From assembly GCF_037042905.1 (NCBI RefSeq), contig NC_087249.1, forward strand, positions 10,294,001 through 10,358,000: 64,000 nt of DNA. The letters run 5' to 3'. Both the position numbers and the translations under genes were made by a program. The notes below the pieces were generated by a model, which saw only the letters and a list, made by a program, of their open reading frames with translations, was not told where the DNA came from and did no database searches. The stretch is from Lytechinus pictus. Its lineage: Eukaryota. Positions 12,222 through 27,200 of this stretch are shown here, piece after piece. Within the stretch, counting starts at the first letter, position 1. Every line of letters starts with the position of its first letter.

Positions 12222-15200
12222 CTGAGGAAAAATGCAGGAAAAACACAACATTAATCAGAGGATGTTGTATTTTTGGGAAAAAGTGTAAGGTAGAATTCTA
12301 AGCCGAAGATCACAACTGATGATTTGATGTACATGAATGTAAAATATTTAATTTGTCATAACATGGGGGTCAATATATAGATTATCAATGATTAGCAAAT
12401 TCTAAAATCTTACATATTATTCACTTTGTCCCTCGGTTTCAATTGAACATACATGTATACAATCTTTATGTCAGGTTTACCCAGTTTATACCTGGTTCCT
12501 ACTGTCCCCGATTCTTGTCACAAATGAAACTGTGGTCTAAATCCTGGAGCAATCATAGTGCTTGTATCAGATATCAGATCAGTCATAGCAAGCAAATTTA
12601 TTGTAAAATTTTTTTTTGGAAGGTTCAAAATTTTCCGTGATCAGCTACGGAAGGCCAATTGTGGCGGATGTAACCGATGGCACAACATTGTAAATGGGGT
12701 ATATACGGGAAGGAGTGAAACTCATGCATCCTGTGACTGTTGGATGCAATATAACTGGGTAAATCAAGAAGGGAATGAAAGATCTTGTATAATAGTAATA
12801 CTAATAATTGTACATTTATATTGCGCAATTTCTATTTGTATATACTCAACTGCGCATTACAATACTTAAAAGGTAAAATAGTTAAAATAAATACACAAAA
12901 GTACAATTATGTACTTCATATGTTTGTTAATAAGACACTTTGTTATCATTCAGTTTGATATACACAGAATACTGTTGTCATTGCTTGACAATTGAATCAC
13001 GGTGTTACCACGTGGCTGTTTCATAAAGAGTTACAACTGTTGTAACTTTGCCATTATGGCAACTACCGTGGTGACTTTGATTTTGATTGGCTACTGAGAC
13101 CCGTTGTCATGGTATTTGCCATAATGGCAAAGTACAATAGTTGTAACTCTTTATGAAACGGGCCCCAGTAGTCAGAATGTAAAGAGCAGCACACATTTAG
13201 GGAAATTTCCTAAAACATGAACATCCACCTCCTATATGTGCAGCCTTCCTGAAATTATTTTCTGTTTTCTGGTTCAAATTTAAAAAAAAAAGAAGTCGTA
13301 ATGCTTCAAATAAACATGGCTTGTGTAGTTTAATAATGAAATGGGGTAAGAGTAGAGAAACATGGAGGTCGGACGTACATGTATAAAAATGTTGATTATT
13401 TCATAGAAATTGCCCAGAAAGTAACTTACAATGTCTTGCGTCACTGACGATGATCCAAATTCTTCCATGAGCGCTGCGTCCGACAGTCTCCTAATCTCGT
13501 CCAATTCTAATCTGAGTTGGGCTTCATCATCTGCATCTGTAAACAAACATTACCTAATGTTATCAACTTATCACTTCACTGAAATTTTCGATTTAGGGCG
13601 GTGGTGTTGTAAGTTTTGAGGTTCAAGACTATAACGCCCGTATCTGTGACAAAAAATCATCAAATTTTCAGTCTTCCTGATAAAAAGGGAAGATTTAAAA
13701 GTTCTGACATCTACTAGATATACATTGCTAAAATGTTTTTTTAACCTTTCAACATTATATTAGATGAATCAATCCAAGTAGTTGCTATGTATTACAAAAA
13801 AAAAATCAACAGGAAAGTTGGATCTGGTGAACTCACTGTTATTTGTTGATGGCGATGGTCCTTCGGGTGGTACTTCCGGTATCGCCCCATCTCCTTCGCC
13901 AACTTCCACCATGTCACCATCTGCCGAATGGTCATCTTCAAACCCAAGGTTAGTGATGCCTTTCAGTGCTCCGGTTTCCGTGGTAACATCAGCATCTCCC
14001 CTTCTTTCTCCTTCCCTCTCTTTGGCTTCTTCACCGACCTCTACCTCATAGCTGGGATTGCTACGCCCTTCTCTCGACAACCGGCTCGTGGTGGGAGTTG
14101 CACCTGTGTGAATTAATAATAATAATATTCCGCATTTATAAAGCGCTTAACACATCGGAACGACATCTCTAAGCGCTTTACAGATATATTATTATATCCT
14201 TGCATGCACACATACAATGTATGCACCATCTCCTCTCCCTGGGGAGCATTCCAACAAGAGTTCCAAGACTCAATTGCTAGGCATACTACATAGGGTTTCG
14301 CATCCTACGGGGTACCCATTTAACCCCTGGGTAGAGAGTGGCAAATTGTGGATTGACGCCTTGCCAAAGGATGCTAGGCCATGGTGGGATTCGAACACAG
14401 GACCCTCTGATTACAAGGCGAGAGTCAGAACCGCTACACCACAGCGCTTCCACTTCAGAGTGGAATTGCATTTCAAGATTGCTTTTTTCTTAATCAGATT
14501 TCAATCTATCATATCTTCAACATTGTTCAAATTCAAATTCAATGTACAGTAGCCATAGAGATGTATCTATGATTGCAGTACTGGACAAAAGAAACACACA
14601 AACACGCAAAAGACTGCTTCTCTTTGTGGTAATCACATGGGAAGTATATTTTCATCGTTCTTGGAAATCTGTTCAATTAAAAAAAATAACAAACTTCCAT
14701 TTGCATGATTTCAAGTTAAACGTTATTTGCTATAAAACTTGTATGTTTGGCACACCAGAGGAACAGAAATAATTACACAGTCCCATATATGCATATTTGT
14801 GCATTAAGTAACCTTGTCCGAGCCTGGGCATTAAATATCGTATTTTAACAAAGTCCAGCACTTTTTGTTACTTACTTAAATTATTGAGCTGGCTCGGTCT
14901 GACCGTCGGCGTCGATGTGGACGATGATGGATTATTATCCGACCTCTGACCTCTTCTTATTCCACTTCCTCCTTCCCCTCTTCCACCCTCTCCTCTCCCC
15001 GATGTTTCTACCTTCGTTGACGACTCTAGATTGGCTATTGCACTGGCTAACGAGGATTCTGAAGATGCAACAGTGGCAGAGGTGGAGTAGAATAAAATAC
15101 AATTAATAAAGGCCATTATTCTTCATAAGATATTACAAGTATCTGGGTCCTGTCTTACAAAGAATTGCGATTGATCCAATCAACGTCAACTACGTGTATA

Positions 15201-18200
15201 TGGAAATCCATCAGTGTCCTGATTTTTCCTACAGGAAATTTACACAATGTCCTTTTGTAAACAAAGAGCATACTGGATTGTCAAGAAAATGACAAAGTAT
15301 GAATACACATCATGATCTAGAAAGCATTATGAACAAACATGCATTTTAGACGATGGCATTGCTGGCTTTCCATAGTTGTGGTTGATTGAATCAATCAATC
15401 GCAACTCTTTGAAAGACAGGGCCCTGGTTATCATTGTAATCAGCACCTAATTCTTGTTTTTATGTATAAACACTAAATCCCTCTCAAAAAGGTAATTTAA
15501 AACTGATGTACCCCCTTTATTTTCAACCTGGGGGTTGAATGGGAGGAGGATTAACTATTAAAGCCTATTAAAAAGTTGATTAAGCCCAGTTAACAATTTG
15601 TGCATTTTTATAACTCTTACTTCTCTACTATAATTCAGATTATAAAGAACAATTTAATTTCAACCCACTTATTACCTAAAATTATCAATTTTAGGTGATA
15701 CAATTGCAATTATTCACACATTTTCCCATTAAATTTATGGTGCATCAACTTTATATGACCATCCAACTAAATATTGCCTAATTTGCTTTCTACTTCTATT
15801 GGGTTACATTCTAGGGTATATGACAATAGTTTTAACTCTTTATATGATTCCAATTAATATTGTTGTCTCTTGATTGGTTAAAGTATAATTCAATCAGCAA
15901 GACCAATATATAACATGGTCAAATTATTTCCAGATTGACTTAATAATTAACAAAGATTTTTCAGTGATAATACTATGCTGCCTAGATACCAAAAACCAAG
16001 AATAAACTGTTGTATATCTTAGACTCTCTGTATGGCTGGTAAAAAAATGACAATATAATTTGCAGTCTTAAGAAACAAATCTTTGATTTAACTTTTTTTT
16101 TCAATAATTATTCAATTCAAATACCAATCAATTGACAAAGATATATCTCTCTTTAAAAAGCTATGAAAAAACATGAAAACAACAATACAAACAATTGATT
16201 TTTATTATTTTTTCCTATCAAAGTTATTGATGAAACAAGAAAATTAATATGAAGATCAATTTATCTTCACTGAAAAAGATACTGATTTTGATAAAGTTGA
16301 TATGGGTGTATGGATTTCTGGAATCCTTGAAAGTTCTAGCCTGAAAAGGAGATGACTATAAACATTATTTCTTAATGAATGAAAAGACAATTTTGAAGAA
16401 ATAAATAGAACTGAATTGAAAAAAACAAATACAAAAAAAATATCTGCAAAAAAAATTTCCGCTCTCAAGCAAGACACAATACTGAATAAACTGAAATAAT
16501 AAATCTACAAATAGCTTACATGTACATCAATACTTTAACAAAAGTGGAAAATTTATTCAAAATAAAGGAAAGTAAAAATTGAAGATGCATTTCACTGTGA
16601 AGCTATTTCTGATAACCTGCATCTCATTAATGTGAATTTCAATATAAAATAAACTATTTTACAAAAGACTGCACAAGAAACGCAGATTGCTCCCCAAAAT
16701 ACACAGCCTCTTCACACACCAACAGTCTAATTCAATTATCAGAATTCATATGCTAACCACAGATTTTTCCCACGTACATTGTGGTTAACCAAGATACCGG
16801 TGAACATTATCCTTAAGGCTTGTTCATACATGGCCTGACAAAGAGTTGCAACATTTCATACATGAAGTGTGTTCAGACATGGTGAATCAAATCGTTACAG
16901 TATTATTGATGAATCAACATAATCCTCATTGTAAAAAGTGCATGGATTAATTCAACTTCTAGAATTCCAATTAAATTCCTATCATCCCAGCTTCATTTAT
17001 GAATCAGTATATAAACATCATTGTAAAAAGTGCACAGATTAATTCCACTTTTTGAATTCCACAATATGAGTGTGAATGCTCCCCAAATGGAATGATACAT
17101 GCAGATCATGATATATCCCGTAACACCACGTCAGAAAAAGCAGAGTGTGAACACTACCCACAAGAAATGATACATGTAGATCATGATGCATCCCATCACA
17201 CCACGTCAGAGGTGTAAACGCTCCCCATATGGAATGACACTTGTAGATAACATGATGCGTCTTACCAGAATTAACTCTATCGTTGACCCTGATAGTATCT
17301 GCCTTATCAAAGTCCACTGCTATCGTGTAGCGATGCCTGTAGTCTGGGGGAAACCCCAACTTGGGCGAGTCAGGATCCAGACTGTGTTGTCTCATATAAT
17401 CCCTGAGGTGAGCTATCTCTTTCTGTGGAGGGAGGATGTGGAGAATGCAAAAATGAGGATGAGTAATGTAGATAATGTGAGAGATAATCACTCAGTTTTT
17501 CTCTGTGTGTAAAATAACCCAAAAAACATTTTTTTTTGCGGGCTTCATTTACACATTTTGGCCCCTTTAACAAGTAGTCGCCAGAATATGACCCCTAAAC
17601 AAGTTTTGTCTCGGGCCCGAACACTTTTCAGAAACAAGGAGGAAAAATCCCCGGGGAAAAAGCTTGGGGAAAAAACATACGTTAAACACGTTGGCTAGTC
17701 TTAAAAAAAAAGCTTTGAAAAAACCCCCCCTAAATACGTTTGACCCCGCAATTGACCACTGAACAGTCTTTCAAAACCACCTTTTAAAAAAAAATCAGTG
17801 TTTTGATACCCTCAACGTGCACGCGCGGCCTGTGTCCAAAACTGAAAAAAACACCCCTTTAAATGCGTTTTTTGGTCACGCAGTATATGTACAGCAATAT
17901 ATTTGACTGCCCCACCCACCCGGGACTTTTAATAAGCGAAATGTGACTTAGAAAAAGTAAATAACATATGATTGCATATTTTGGTCTGAAATAATGCTTC
18001 GAGTGAGGCAATTTTTTTTAGTTACTTATAGAAGATCAATTTTAGCAGTCTACTATACAATGATCCAGGTCATTTTCCTTTTTTTTTTAATCCACCTGTG
18101 CCTCAGTATAGTTTATGTGAGAGATGGCACATAGTAAATCATGTGTTTATTATTACAATTTTTTTGTATTTTTACTCAAAAGCTAATTATCTTCAGCAAT

Positions 18201-21200
18201 TCTATTTCTAAATGAAAATAACAATATATTTGAATGCCTATTGTCAAATGTTCATACACATATTAAAATTGCATGATTCCAACATCCAGCTGATGATATC
18301 AACAATACAAGTTTCCATTTTGTTCACTTTGCCAACTTCAAGATTTGCATGATTGATTGTGGGTTTGATATTTTTCTACCACAAACCAATTGATGAGATT
18401 GATTGTTGTTATGCCTGCACTTTTCCTTCTCTCTCTGCTAATCCTACATCTTTCTCTCGCTCTCCACATGTATTTTATTATCTTTCTCCCCATACATGTA
18501 TATCCATCTATATCTCGCTCTCTCAGCCCCCCCTGTCTGTCTCTTTTATTTCTCTTCTTCTGTGAATTTATAGTTTATTTGTTTGGTTTTTTTTTTTTTA
18601 ACCTCAAACTACATTGTATGTATTTCAGGGTTGGTTTGTAATGAAATATGATGAAATATAAAAAAAAAAGTGACACAGAACTAACATAAGGACACAGCTG
18701 TTATGTATGTATACATTATCAAAAACTTGATATTTCAGTGATCAATTCAACATACATGATTTACACTAGCTCAAGGATAAAGCACCAGGGGAGGGGAGAG
18801 GGCCAAGAGAGAAAAGGGGAGGTAAGAGAGAAGGGGAGGGGAGAGAGATGGGGAGGGGATAGAGAAGAGGTGGGAAGGGGAGAGAGAAGAGGGGAGGGAG
18901 AGAGAAAAGGGGAGGAGGGGAGAGAGTAATGGAAGGGAAGGGGGAAGAGAAAAGGGGGAGGGGGAGAGAAAATGTGAGGGGAGAGAGGAGAGAGATGGGG
19001 AGGGGAGAGATGAGAGGGGAGGGGAGAGAGAAGAGGACTGGAGGGGAGGGGAGAGAGAAGGGGAGGGGAGAGGGCCAAGAGAGAAAAGGGGAGGGCAAGG
19101 TTGTAAACCTACATGTATATACTGTAAAATATGCACATGTATACTCTGTATTTTTAAAAAATAAACTTACTAATTGTTGATCACACTGTGCTTGTAATGC
19201 GTCAGCTTGTATTTCAGCCTGATTCCTAGCATATTTCTCCATCTGTAGTTCAGTTGATGCCTCCTCTCTCGCCTTCGACACCCCCGCTGTTTGGTAGAAA
19301 AAACACAATAAAGCATCCGGACTCTAAATGATACATGTATGTCAGAATAAGTCTTCCTAGCAGATATTTGAATAAAAAGTGCAATACAAACTAACACGAT
19401 TAGTAAATTACATGTAATTACAATCGTCAATTCCAATAAAGTAACTACTGCACAGATGAGGTGACATACCGGTAAATTGTAGGTTACGTTAATTTACAAT
19501 TGGGAAAGCTTCTATTACATTGTCCACTTTAATCTAATTGGCTATCATTAGACCTGTTGCTAAATATCAAACATGACTAAACTCTTTGTTTTTATTCTTT
19601 CAATCAGATAACACACAAATTATAAAATAAAAATATGAATAACCTTGATCATCTTGGTGCCAAAAAGCACTATTTTAGTTTACGGCCAATGACCATCATA
19701 TGCTCATTTGCAAATTGTAATTACAAAATGGCTATTATATTTGATTGCATTAGTTGATATGTTTGTTATCACAAGAATAAATCTAAATAATACCCCTTCC
19801 AAAATCCTTTACAGTTTGTACCAGGAAAAATACATACAATTTTTTTATTTTCGGGGGCTACTTTTGATAACTTGGAGCCTAAATCTGCAACATTGTATAA
19901 GCTTTAACATTGCAATGAATGGGGATTTCCAGGGCTCCTCTTTGAGTTTCCAGGGCTCATTTGAAGATTTGGGGGGCTAAATTGCCCCCAGCCCCCGTGC
20001 AATCTTTCCCCTGGTTTCTACAAGTGATGAACTATACACCAAAGTCCTTTTACTTATCATATCTCATGTATGAAGTTTAAACTTTTGCACTATAAATGCA
20101 AAAATGAAAATTCTCCCTAAGAGAGTATAAGATCTCAATTGTAGAAAAAAAAATTACAAAAGTTTGAACCATGTAAAAAAATCAGACTGTTTATATGTAG
20201 AATACTTGATTTCAAGTATATCATGTTGCATTACAAACTCAACATTTGAAATGGACAAGATATCTTAATTTCCATATCATTATTTTTTTTTGTCTACCGA
20301 GTTTCCTTATTCCCTTATGTTTCATACAGGTATTACCAAACGCTCCTTATCAATGGGTTTTAGAAACACAATATGCCACTTCTAATGTACTTCAGTGCTT
20401 TAAGGGTTACCATGTACATGCAAATTACCTGCTAATGAACTAATCAATCAATTGTTTGATCAAACACAGGCTCTTTCAGTAAACAGTGGAATGGCAAGAT
20501 CAAATACATCATTTAATTAAAACAAAATTTTATGCCGATATGTATACATGGGCCACGAACCCCCTTGCTCTTGCACATTGAGAAAAGAGCAAGGTTTTTA
20601 TCAATGTTATTCTAATCATTTTGTGGTTGGCATTGTGGTTTCATTCCAATTCACTGCAAATCTAAACTATGATTTGTGGTTTTTCTTTAATCATGATACT
20701 ATAATGTTGATGCATGTTTTTAATCTGGACAGTTTTTTATGGAATAGTATACATTGTGGAGCGTTGTGGCCCAGTGGATTAGTCTTTTGACTTTGAAACA
20801 GAGGGTCTTGGGTTCGAATCCAAGCCATGGCGTTATGTCCTTCAGCAAGAAATTTATCCACATTGTGCTGCACTCGATCAACCCAGGTGAGGTGACTGGG
20901 TACCCGGTGGGAAGAAATTCCTTGAATGCTTGAGCGCCTAAGTAGGCAGCCCAGCTAAAGCCGAGGTAATAATCATAATAGCAGGGCCCACTGGGAGAAC
21001 AGTTTTCAGAACTGAAGTGGCTTCCCTGGGTAAATATACCTATATTATTATTATCATTATTATTATTACACTGTCCATGTACATGCCATGTGTATCTTTC
21101 CCTATGTTGACAAATATCAAATTCTTCTAGAAAAAAAATACACCAAAATTTATGAGTATCATATAAAAGATTAAAAACACAATTGAGTATTGATACTGTC

Positions 21201-24200
21201 TATTTTTCACACAAAAATGTGTAAAATTTTGTAATATAGTTCAACAATACATGCAATATATCTGCAGTGTAAATTCTTGAATTTTCTCAACTTTTCATTT
21301 ATTTTTTCATTTAAATTTGCAATCTATTTGCCCAAGCCACTTTATATCATTATGAACTATGAAAAAAAAAAAAGCCCCTCCCAAGTGAATATGTTAACCT
21401 TTAAAACCTGAAATAACCAGGAAGGAATTCTTTGATTGAGAGCACAGAAATAGTTACCTAGTTTAACCACTGTAACACCTTCCTGTTCGGTAGATACAGT
21501 TGCTATGAATATCAAAATATTTTGTATTCTACTACGTAATGCTCAAGAATAATTTTCATAAATGGACGTTCAATTCTAACTCCAAAGTTTAGATGTAAAC
21601 ATCCAACCTGGTTTTCACTTATGTTACTTTATACATGCATATATATACATATATATTTTTTGGCATGCATTTTGAAATTATTATAGTTCTATTTTACCTT
21701 CTGATACTTGTTAACATTCTTCTTCAATAAAAACTTTTAATATACATACAAATTACAAAAATTATTAATATTATATTTATATATATCATACTGTATATAT
21801 GTAAAAAATATATGATATGTATTATAATTATTATCATAGATTCTAGGATGATGTAGAATCCATCAAAATATTTTCATAATTTTTTTTGCTAGGATGTGAA
21901 TACTTACATTAAAGGGGTTTTTAAACATATATATTTTTTATTTATCTCTTGTTTAAATATTCCACAGCATTTTTTGTTATGAATCATTAATAGTACATTA
22001 AACTTACTATGGTAGATTCCACATAGTCTCCAAAACCTGAATGAAATTAATAATGTAATGGCTCTCGTTCCAGGGTTGTCGTCTTCAATGTTACTGGCCA
22101 GTAAGACTAGGTCTACGATGAATGTTATGGTGACTATGAAGATGTCAAACATCTGAAGAAAAATAAACATGAAAAACAAATACAAATTCAGGAAATGTTA
22201 TAAGAATTTTAAGATACAGGTCTAAGATTCTTATAGTGACTATGAAGATGTCAAACATCTGAAGAAAAAAAAACATGAAACACAATGATAAATTCAGGAT
22301 ATTTTATAAGAATTTTAAGATACATGTCTATCAAAGATGAATGTTATGGTGACTATGAAGATGTCAAACATCTGGAGAAAAAAAAACATGAAAAACAAAT
22401 ACAAATTCAGGATATGTTATAAGAATTTTAAGATACATATACATGTCTATCAAAGATGAATGTTATGGTGACTATGAAGATGTCAAACATCTGAAGAAAA
22501 AAAAACATGAAAAACAATTATAAATTCAGGATATGCTATAAGAATTTTAAGATACAGGTCTATGCTGAATGTTATGGTGACTATGAAGATGTCAAACATG
22601 TGAAGAAAAAAAACTTGAAAAACAAATATTTCAAAATTCACTTTGCTATTACAAATTCAGCAAAAAAAAGTATGCAAATAACGACAAAGTCTATTTACTT
22701 GGCAGACTTTGTCATTTATTGCATTAATTTGACTCAGAAATATGATGAAACAATTTAGCAAACCTTTACAATGCAGTAAGAACTAGTAACCAGTTATTTA
22801 CAGTACAAAAACACATTTTTTTTGGGTGAGAATTTATTTGTCTGAACTCTTTCTTTTTTAAATGAGAAAACCAAGGCCATAAATTTTCACATACATGCAA
22901 ATTCTATCACGCAAATGATTAATATTTATTTTGAAGGCTACTTTTCATTTTCACAAACGATTGGCTAAATCTGCTACATTGGATAAGCTTTAACATGGCA
23001 GTATATAGGGAAATTTGGGGGCTCTTTTAAGCATTTCGGGGGCAAAATTGCCCCGAGCCCCCATGTAATTTTATCCCTGAATGCTACATTGTATAAACTC
23101 ATCCGGATAAGACATGTACATGTACATGTTTCCTTTATCATACAACTATTTTACATCTATTTTTTCTACACTCTTATTTTAATTTTTTTTCAGTAGCTTT
23201 ACGTTGAGAATAATCATGGTAGGACCAAATGTTTCTACGTATGGCATTTTGACTGCTAATCAGATGCACGGTATGTGAATGTGCTAAAAATGAAATTCAT
23301 GCTGGCAATTTTCACCGAGGCATAATTCATTAATTAATGATGATTTCCTAACTTCACGCCCAAATCTCTCCACAGTCAATTAACAGCTATATCTCTGCCG
23401 TTTTCTTTCCAGGGGCAACAGCTTGATTTGTTCACGCCAGTGGACAAACAGTAAACTGTCACAGGAAAACGTAATAAAGTGCGTTAGAAGAAAAACAGAC
23501 GGCCAATCGGTTCAAATTCAATATACCCATACTGAACTTCCAGAAGAAGACAAATGTGGGAAAAAACAGGAAACAGAAGGGTATCCCAAGCTTTAATAAA
23601 AATCTATAACAAATATTGTCTCCAAGTGAAGTAAACTGCTCGATTTACATCTAAGGAGCATTGACTGCTAGTACCTTGGTCACATTTGCTCTACGGCGGC
23701 CGTACGGCGAGTCAAAAACAGCCGTTTTAACATTTTTTGTACCAACTACATGTAGGTGGTTTGAATTAAAATTAATAAAACGGCTGTTTTCGACTCGCCA
23801 TACGGCCGCCGTAGAGCAAATGTGACCAAGGTATAAAACATCCTTTCTACCTTATAAATAAATAGCAAAAATTTGGTTTAACAAGAGGGTTACAATTTAG
23901 TAAATTGACTCTTCTTGACTTCAGAGAACAAAAAAAAAACATATTTGACTTCCAGATAGATTTCACATAGAAGCTCGACATACTGTACACACATTGAAAA
24001 AGAACTAATTTTTTGTGACTTCTCTAAGAATTTTCAACAGAACAAAAAGACAACTTAACTCTGGCTCAATTTGGATTAAAACTCTTCTGAAATGCATGAA
24101 CTCTAGTTGGAAAGATGGCCTTAGTGTAATACATGTAGATGTGCTTGGACTCAGTGAAAATGAAGCAAGTTTATACCTATGGCTATCAAACATTAGTCAA

Positions 24201-27200
24201 TAATAAAAAACTACTAATAAAATAATTTTATATTCATACATGATATATTACATACATGTAGGAAATGTAACAAATACTTCCCAACTTCTCAATACATAAT
24301 GATTTCAGACCGATAGACCAATTCCACAGTAAAGCAGTTTATTCATTACTAAGCATCTCAACAATAAAACAAACAGAACATAAATTGTGTGTATTATAAC
24401 TTTTCATACACTGAGAAAACATTATAAAAAGTGTCAACAATAAATAAAATAAAACAGGAACCATTAGGCCTCACATTCACCATCAACATGGAAAATTATC
24501 GAACATTATGCTATAAATTTTGTCTTTGTTTGTAATTGGCAATTGTCTGTTTGTTCTGTCTTTATACCTCTCTATATCAGACTACATGATGTATGTCTGA
24601 CTTGTCTGTACAGTGTATTTTGAAAGTCTGATTTAAATACAAGTGTAACCAATGAAGAAAGGACAAAGTAAACAGATTTCAAAGATTTGATCGCTTTAGC
24701 CTTTGTATGATATGCAAGGTTATCAACAAGCGTAAAATCTACATACGTCATGAGTGACTTTAAAACTGGTTAAGGGCTGTGTTCAAACCACAATAGGCTG
24801 GCTGATTGTTTACATCTATTTCTGCAGACTGCATGGACGTGTTATTTTGAAAGCTTTTTTCAGAGGCAGAATGAACATTGTTGCAAGATGAAACACAAAG
24901 TTAATACAAAACAAAAATGGTCAGTAATACTTGAATACCCTTATATGAAGTCCATATACTTTTAAAGTTATGATGACATTTCATAAATATAACCTTGGTT
25001 TTTAATAAGATTTCAATGTTGATACCCCCAACATACATATATGTATTCAAAGTTCATTGACCCTTAATAATGACCTTAACTTAAATCATGTGACCTAAAA
25101 TTTGTGCACAGCGATCAGTGATACTTGATTACCCTTATGACTAAGTTTAATGAGCTAGATCCATAAAGTGATGATGACATTTAAATACCACTAACATAGT
25201 CAAAGTTCATTGAATCTCAATAACCTTTGACCTTGGTCATGAGGCCTGAAACTTGTACAAGACTATCAGTGGTACTTAATAAACACAGCATTTATTATGC
25301 GCCATCTATTTAGTAAACTATTCCGAGGCTCACTCTTATGTCCAAGTTTAATGAATAAGATCTACAAGCTTAGGATTACATATCAAAACTTAACCGTCCA
25401 AGTTAAAATTTCAATGTTAACGATGCCGCCACCACAGCCATCTTAAAAGCGGCACCTATAGTCTCACAAGGTTGTGCCGGCCTGCGAGACAACAAGAACT
25501 GATACAAGACCAGAGTGTATCTATAGGCGGTGGTTTTTTTTGCAGCCACGGGGCGTAGTCCTCCGCATCAGATGTTTTGCTGACATTTCGTATAGCATCA
25601 GACTTGTAGAGACAAAGACAAAAGCTGCAGCCCTCGCCCTAGAAAGGCTCACATCAAAGCAACTGAAAGATGCCAATGGGCGATTCCATGCTAGAAAAAT
25701 CAGCCATTTTCGTAACATTTTTTCAACCTTCTGTCCAAACAAACGAGGAACTTCGATTTGTTTTGTGGTAATGATAAAATACTACTGGGTAAAAAAGAAA
25801 TGACAACCAACAAAAATATTTCGTCCATGGATGAATTAGAGGTGAAAATGTTGTGTGTCGTACGGGACATTTCTGAGTCCTGTATTACACACAACATTTT
25901 CAACTTTAATTCACCAATAATCAAACATTTTTTGTTGGTAATCAGTTTTTTACATGACTACCCAGAAGTACTAGCTTTATTGACCAAAAATTTTTTTATT
26001 GCTCAAGCAGTCAGCTAACAGACGAGAAATTGTTGTCGAAATGTCCCATATGACACGTATTGAATCGCCCCAATCTAAAAGTTTGAAACACAATCCAAGT
26101 GGGACTTGCATATTTTGTGTAGATTATTTGCCATTTTTCATTTATTCAATATATATTTTCCCCAATAGATCTGCATCAATTAATAGACTATCTCATAAAT
26201 ATTTAAGTTTTGATACTGAACCAATTCACTAAAAGTGGTTTGAATAATTCAAAACCAACCATCTCTTTGACCCTGGCAAGAGGAAAATATGAAATGAATA
26301 AAAATAGACTAGGATAATTTATTTTTCTATAATTTGCTACAATATGGCCCCATTAAATCTGGAAGGAATGCACTTTACAATCACCCACCTCATTGTTCAG
26401 TAATTAGCATAAACTATCCATTTGCTGCTTGAATACACCTAAGCATTCATGTCTAGTTAGCATTAGGAGATATCATTGTTATTCCATTATGTAGTCATGG
26501 TGACAGGTAATGCACTGGTTGGCAGACAGTTTGAGTGATTAGCAAAGGATTTACGATAGATATTTGCATTTCAGTTGTTGGCCTCACTAATGCAGGAATG
26601 CATATATCTACATGCATCAAATCCTAAATAAAATTATGCAATTTTTATGATCATCACAAAACTTTTCCAGATATTTTGTCGGCTTTCCGCAAGAAGGGAC
26701 TTAGAGGCCATTTTTATTTCATTATTCTTTTATCATTCCCTATTTAATTTGCTGATAATTTGAGTTTCACTTAATTTCAAAATAAGTTTTTTCATCATTG
26801 GATAACCAACGTTGTACATGTACCCTTCTCTTTCAATATCTGAAATAACACAATATCATAAAAATCACCAAAAGTACATGTACCTTCTTGCGGGAAGTCA
26901 ACAATTTATTCATTTTTTTCATTTAATTCACTAACAAAAATGTAATATTCTAATTTTTAAAACCAGTTACAAATAAAACTAAGTTGTGGTGCCATATGGA
27001 AATAATGTTGAAAGAGAAAGTAAAATAAAATTGCCATAATCAAGGGTTTTGGTATGAAGTTTAGACTGATCAAAAATGGTCCTACTACATTATTTTTATG
27101 ACATACATGTATGTCATATCTATAAAAAAAATCCTAATCTAACATGGCAACCCATGTTTTGTCTCTCCAGAACATTTAACTACACTTGTTAGACCAAGCA

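Noticed and set aside
18738..19180. Several overlapping ORFs on both strands
   Set aside because: They come from the G/A low-complexity tract. Only 19171-19286 is a supported exon.
25521..25742. ORF with an S2-like stretch (AAAFVFVSTSLMLYEMSAK)
   Set aside because: The true S2 exon is at 40692-40768 with the correct order and phases. This ORF has no fitting donor and overlaps a MITE end.
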